This document shows positions 61,756 through 64,000 of a stretch of 64,000 nt of DNA, in pieces; position 1 is the first letter of the stretch; each line of letters opens with the position of its first letter. The DNA is taken from positions 90,520,001 to 90,584,000 of the forward strand of contig NC_042999.1 of assembly GCF_006345805.1 (NCBI RefSeq), given 5' to 3'. A program made the position numbers and the translations under genes. The stretch comes from Octopus sinensis. Taxonomy: Eukaryota. The notes under the pieces are model-generated. The model saw only the letters and a program-made list of their open reading frames with translations, had not been told where the DNA came from and made no database searches.

Positions 61756-63090
61756 AGTAGTTGATAGCTTCCGCTACCTAGGAGACCAAGTCAGCAGCGG
61801 GGGTGGGTGTGCTGAAAGTGTAACTGCTAGAGTAAGAATAGCCTGGGCAAAGTTTAGAGAGCTCTTACCCCTGCTGGTGACAAAAGGCCTCTCGCTCAGA
61901 GAAAAAGGCAGACTGTATGATGCATGTGTACGTACAGCCATGCTACATGGTAGTGAAACATGGGCCGTGACTGCTGAGGATATGCGTAAGCTTGCAAGAA
62001 ATGAAGCCAGTATGCTCCGATGGATGTGTAATGTCAGTGTTCATAATCGTCAGAGTGTAAGTACCTTGAGAGAAAAGTTGAACCTAAGAAGCGTCAGTTG
62101 TGGTGTGCAAGAGAGACGGCTGCGCTGGTATGGTCATATGACGAGAATGGCTGAAGATAGTTGTGTGCAAAAGTGCTACACCCTAGCAGTTGAGGGAACC
62201 TGTGGAAGAGGTAGACACAGGAAAACCTGGGACGAAGTGGTGAAGCACGACCTTCGAACTTTAGGTCTCACCAAGGAAATGACTAGAGACCGAGACCTAT
62301 GGAAGTATGCTGTGCGTGAGAAGACCCGGCAAGACTAGTCAGGCCATAACCCGTGGCCCCTACCTGGGACGTAGTCAGTCTACCTGTGCATACTTTCCTT
62401 CTTGTGACACTTGTGAAGACCTGTTGAGGCAAGTGAAAATCAAATCAAAAAATCAAAAAATCAAACAAAATCAAAATAGATGAACATCAATGGAATTTGT
62501 ATCTTTGTGGTACCAGTACCGGTGGCACACGAGAAAACCATCCGAACGTGGCCGTAGCCAGTGCCGCACCGACGGGCCTCCATGCTGTGGGCACGTAACA
62601 ATCACCATCCGATCGTGGCCGATCGCCAGCCTCATCTGGCTCCTGTGTCGGTGGCACATAAAAAAACACCATCCGAGCGTGGTCGTCTGCTAGCCTTGTC
62701 TGTCACCTGTGTCGGTGGCACATAAAAACACCATCCGAGCGTGGCCGTTCGCCAGCCTCGTCTGGCACCTGTGTCGGTGGCACATAAAAACACCATCCGA
62801 GCGTGGCCGTTCGCCAGCCTCGTCTGGCACCTGTGTCGGTGGCACATAAAAACACCATCCGAGCGTGGCCGTTCGCCAGCCTCGTCTGGCACCTGTGTCG
62901 GTGGCACATAAAATCACCCACTACACTCTCGGAGTGGTTGGCGTTAGGAAGGGCATCCAGCTGTAGAAACACTGCCAGATCTGACTGGCCTGGTGCAGCC
63001 CTCGGGCTCCCCAGACCCCAGTTGAACCGTCCAACCCATGCTAGCATGGAAAGCGGACGTTAAATGATGATGGTGATGATGATGATGATA
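61756..63090 (+). mobile_element. 5'-truncated young RTE LINE with an expanded 3' UTR array
   Basis: VVDSFRYLGDQV..LHGSETWAV..REKTRQD*; near-identical to 26550-27676; (GAT)n tail. Confidence 0.96.
62522..62915 (+). repeat. About 62-bp tandem repeat (about 6 units, 3 identical) in the LINE 3' UTR
   Basis: gtggcacataaaaacaccatccgagcgtggccgttcgccagcctcgtctggcacctgtgtcg starts at 62715, 62777 and 62839. Confidence 0.97.
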
Positions 63091-63223
63091 TATATATATA
63101 TATATATATATACATTATTTGCATGTAATCTATTTCTTTTACAATATGTACTTAGATACGCCCCTCTCTCACCTATTCTAAACATTATTATTATTATTAT
63201 TGTTATTATTGTAGTTATTATTA

Positions 63224-63281
<58 letters not shown>

Positions 63282-64000
63282 TCCTATTGCCAATCTGAAT
63301 GATACATTTTACTTTTTACTATTGATATATGAAAACACCTCTTAATCTTATTTCTGAACCCGGAACCATGTGGTTAGTAAGCAAGCTACTTACCACACAG
63401 CCACTCCTACGCCTATATAGTGAATTATAAAATACTTAAATTCATTATAATTATAAAATACTTAAATTAATTTCCCGGTCATACGTCCGACCATCTGGAG
63501 CTAATATCAACAACAACATCAACCACACATAACTATCTACTATTGTGGGAGCTAAACAACAACAACAACGACTTGAAATGGAAAACAATAATAATGGCAT
63601 TAAATACCTTTACTTCTGTATTTTAATAACGCATTAGTTATCCAGGAATGTGGTGCCTTGCAGTGACTTTGTAATAAATGGCTATGGTGACTGGGAAAAT
63701 AATGTCAAGTTGAATAGCAAACGATTGTACATGTATTTATGCAGTAACAATAAAGTAAAAGCGAATTTTAAAGTAATCTAAGATTAACGTATTGACTGAG
63801 ATATTTGACTGACTGGAGAAAAAAAAATCATTTATAAACGTAACAAACATCTGTTGCTTTCCTCTTATAATTTCCTTTAACACAAATCTGATAGCACGAT
63901 TCTTATCAACAATCAATGTGAGCTACTCTGCAATTTACGTTATATATGTATATGTATGTGTATGCATATGTATGTATGTATGTATGTATATGTATGTATA

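Noticed and set aside
62522-62915. CRISPR-like appearance of the 62-bp array
   Set aside because: Whole units are identical or near-identical with no unique spacers, the array lies in a eukaryotic LINE 3' UTR, and there are no cas genes.

Overview
AT-rich, microsatellite-dense eukaryotic DNA made up mostly of transposon relics. The SINE repertoire and repeat style suggest an octopod cephalopod (inference). I found no confidently recognisable host gene exon, and most ORF-track entries are translated microsatellites. Supported elements: several RTE-clade LINE fragments (two carry a C4HC3 PHD-type finger inside the RT region), a CR1-type RT relic, two R4/Dong-type RLE LINE relics, a Penelope-like element with a C-terminal GIY-YIG domain, Tc1, mariner and Chapaev3-like DNA transposons, piggyBac-type MITEs and at least four tRNA-derived SINE families. 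Best leads: (1) a type I hammerhead ribozyme with an intact core and an unusually long stem II at 43461-43587; (2) a variable-copy array of RNA hairpins in the RTE 3' UTR whose stems are conserved while the loops vary; (3) the PHD finger inserted in the RT region; (4) nested and inverted retroelement structures. Boundaries were read by eye and are approximate unless a TSD or TIR is quoted.
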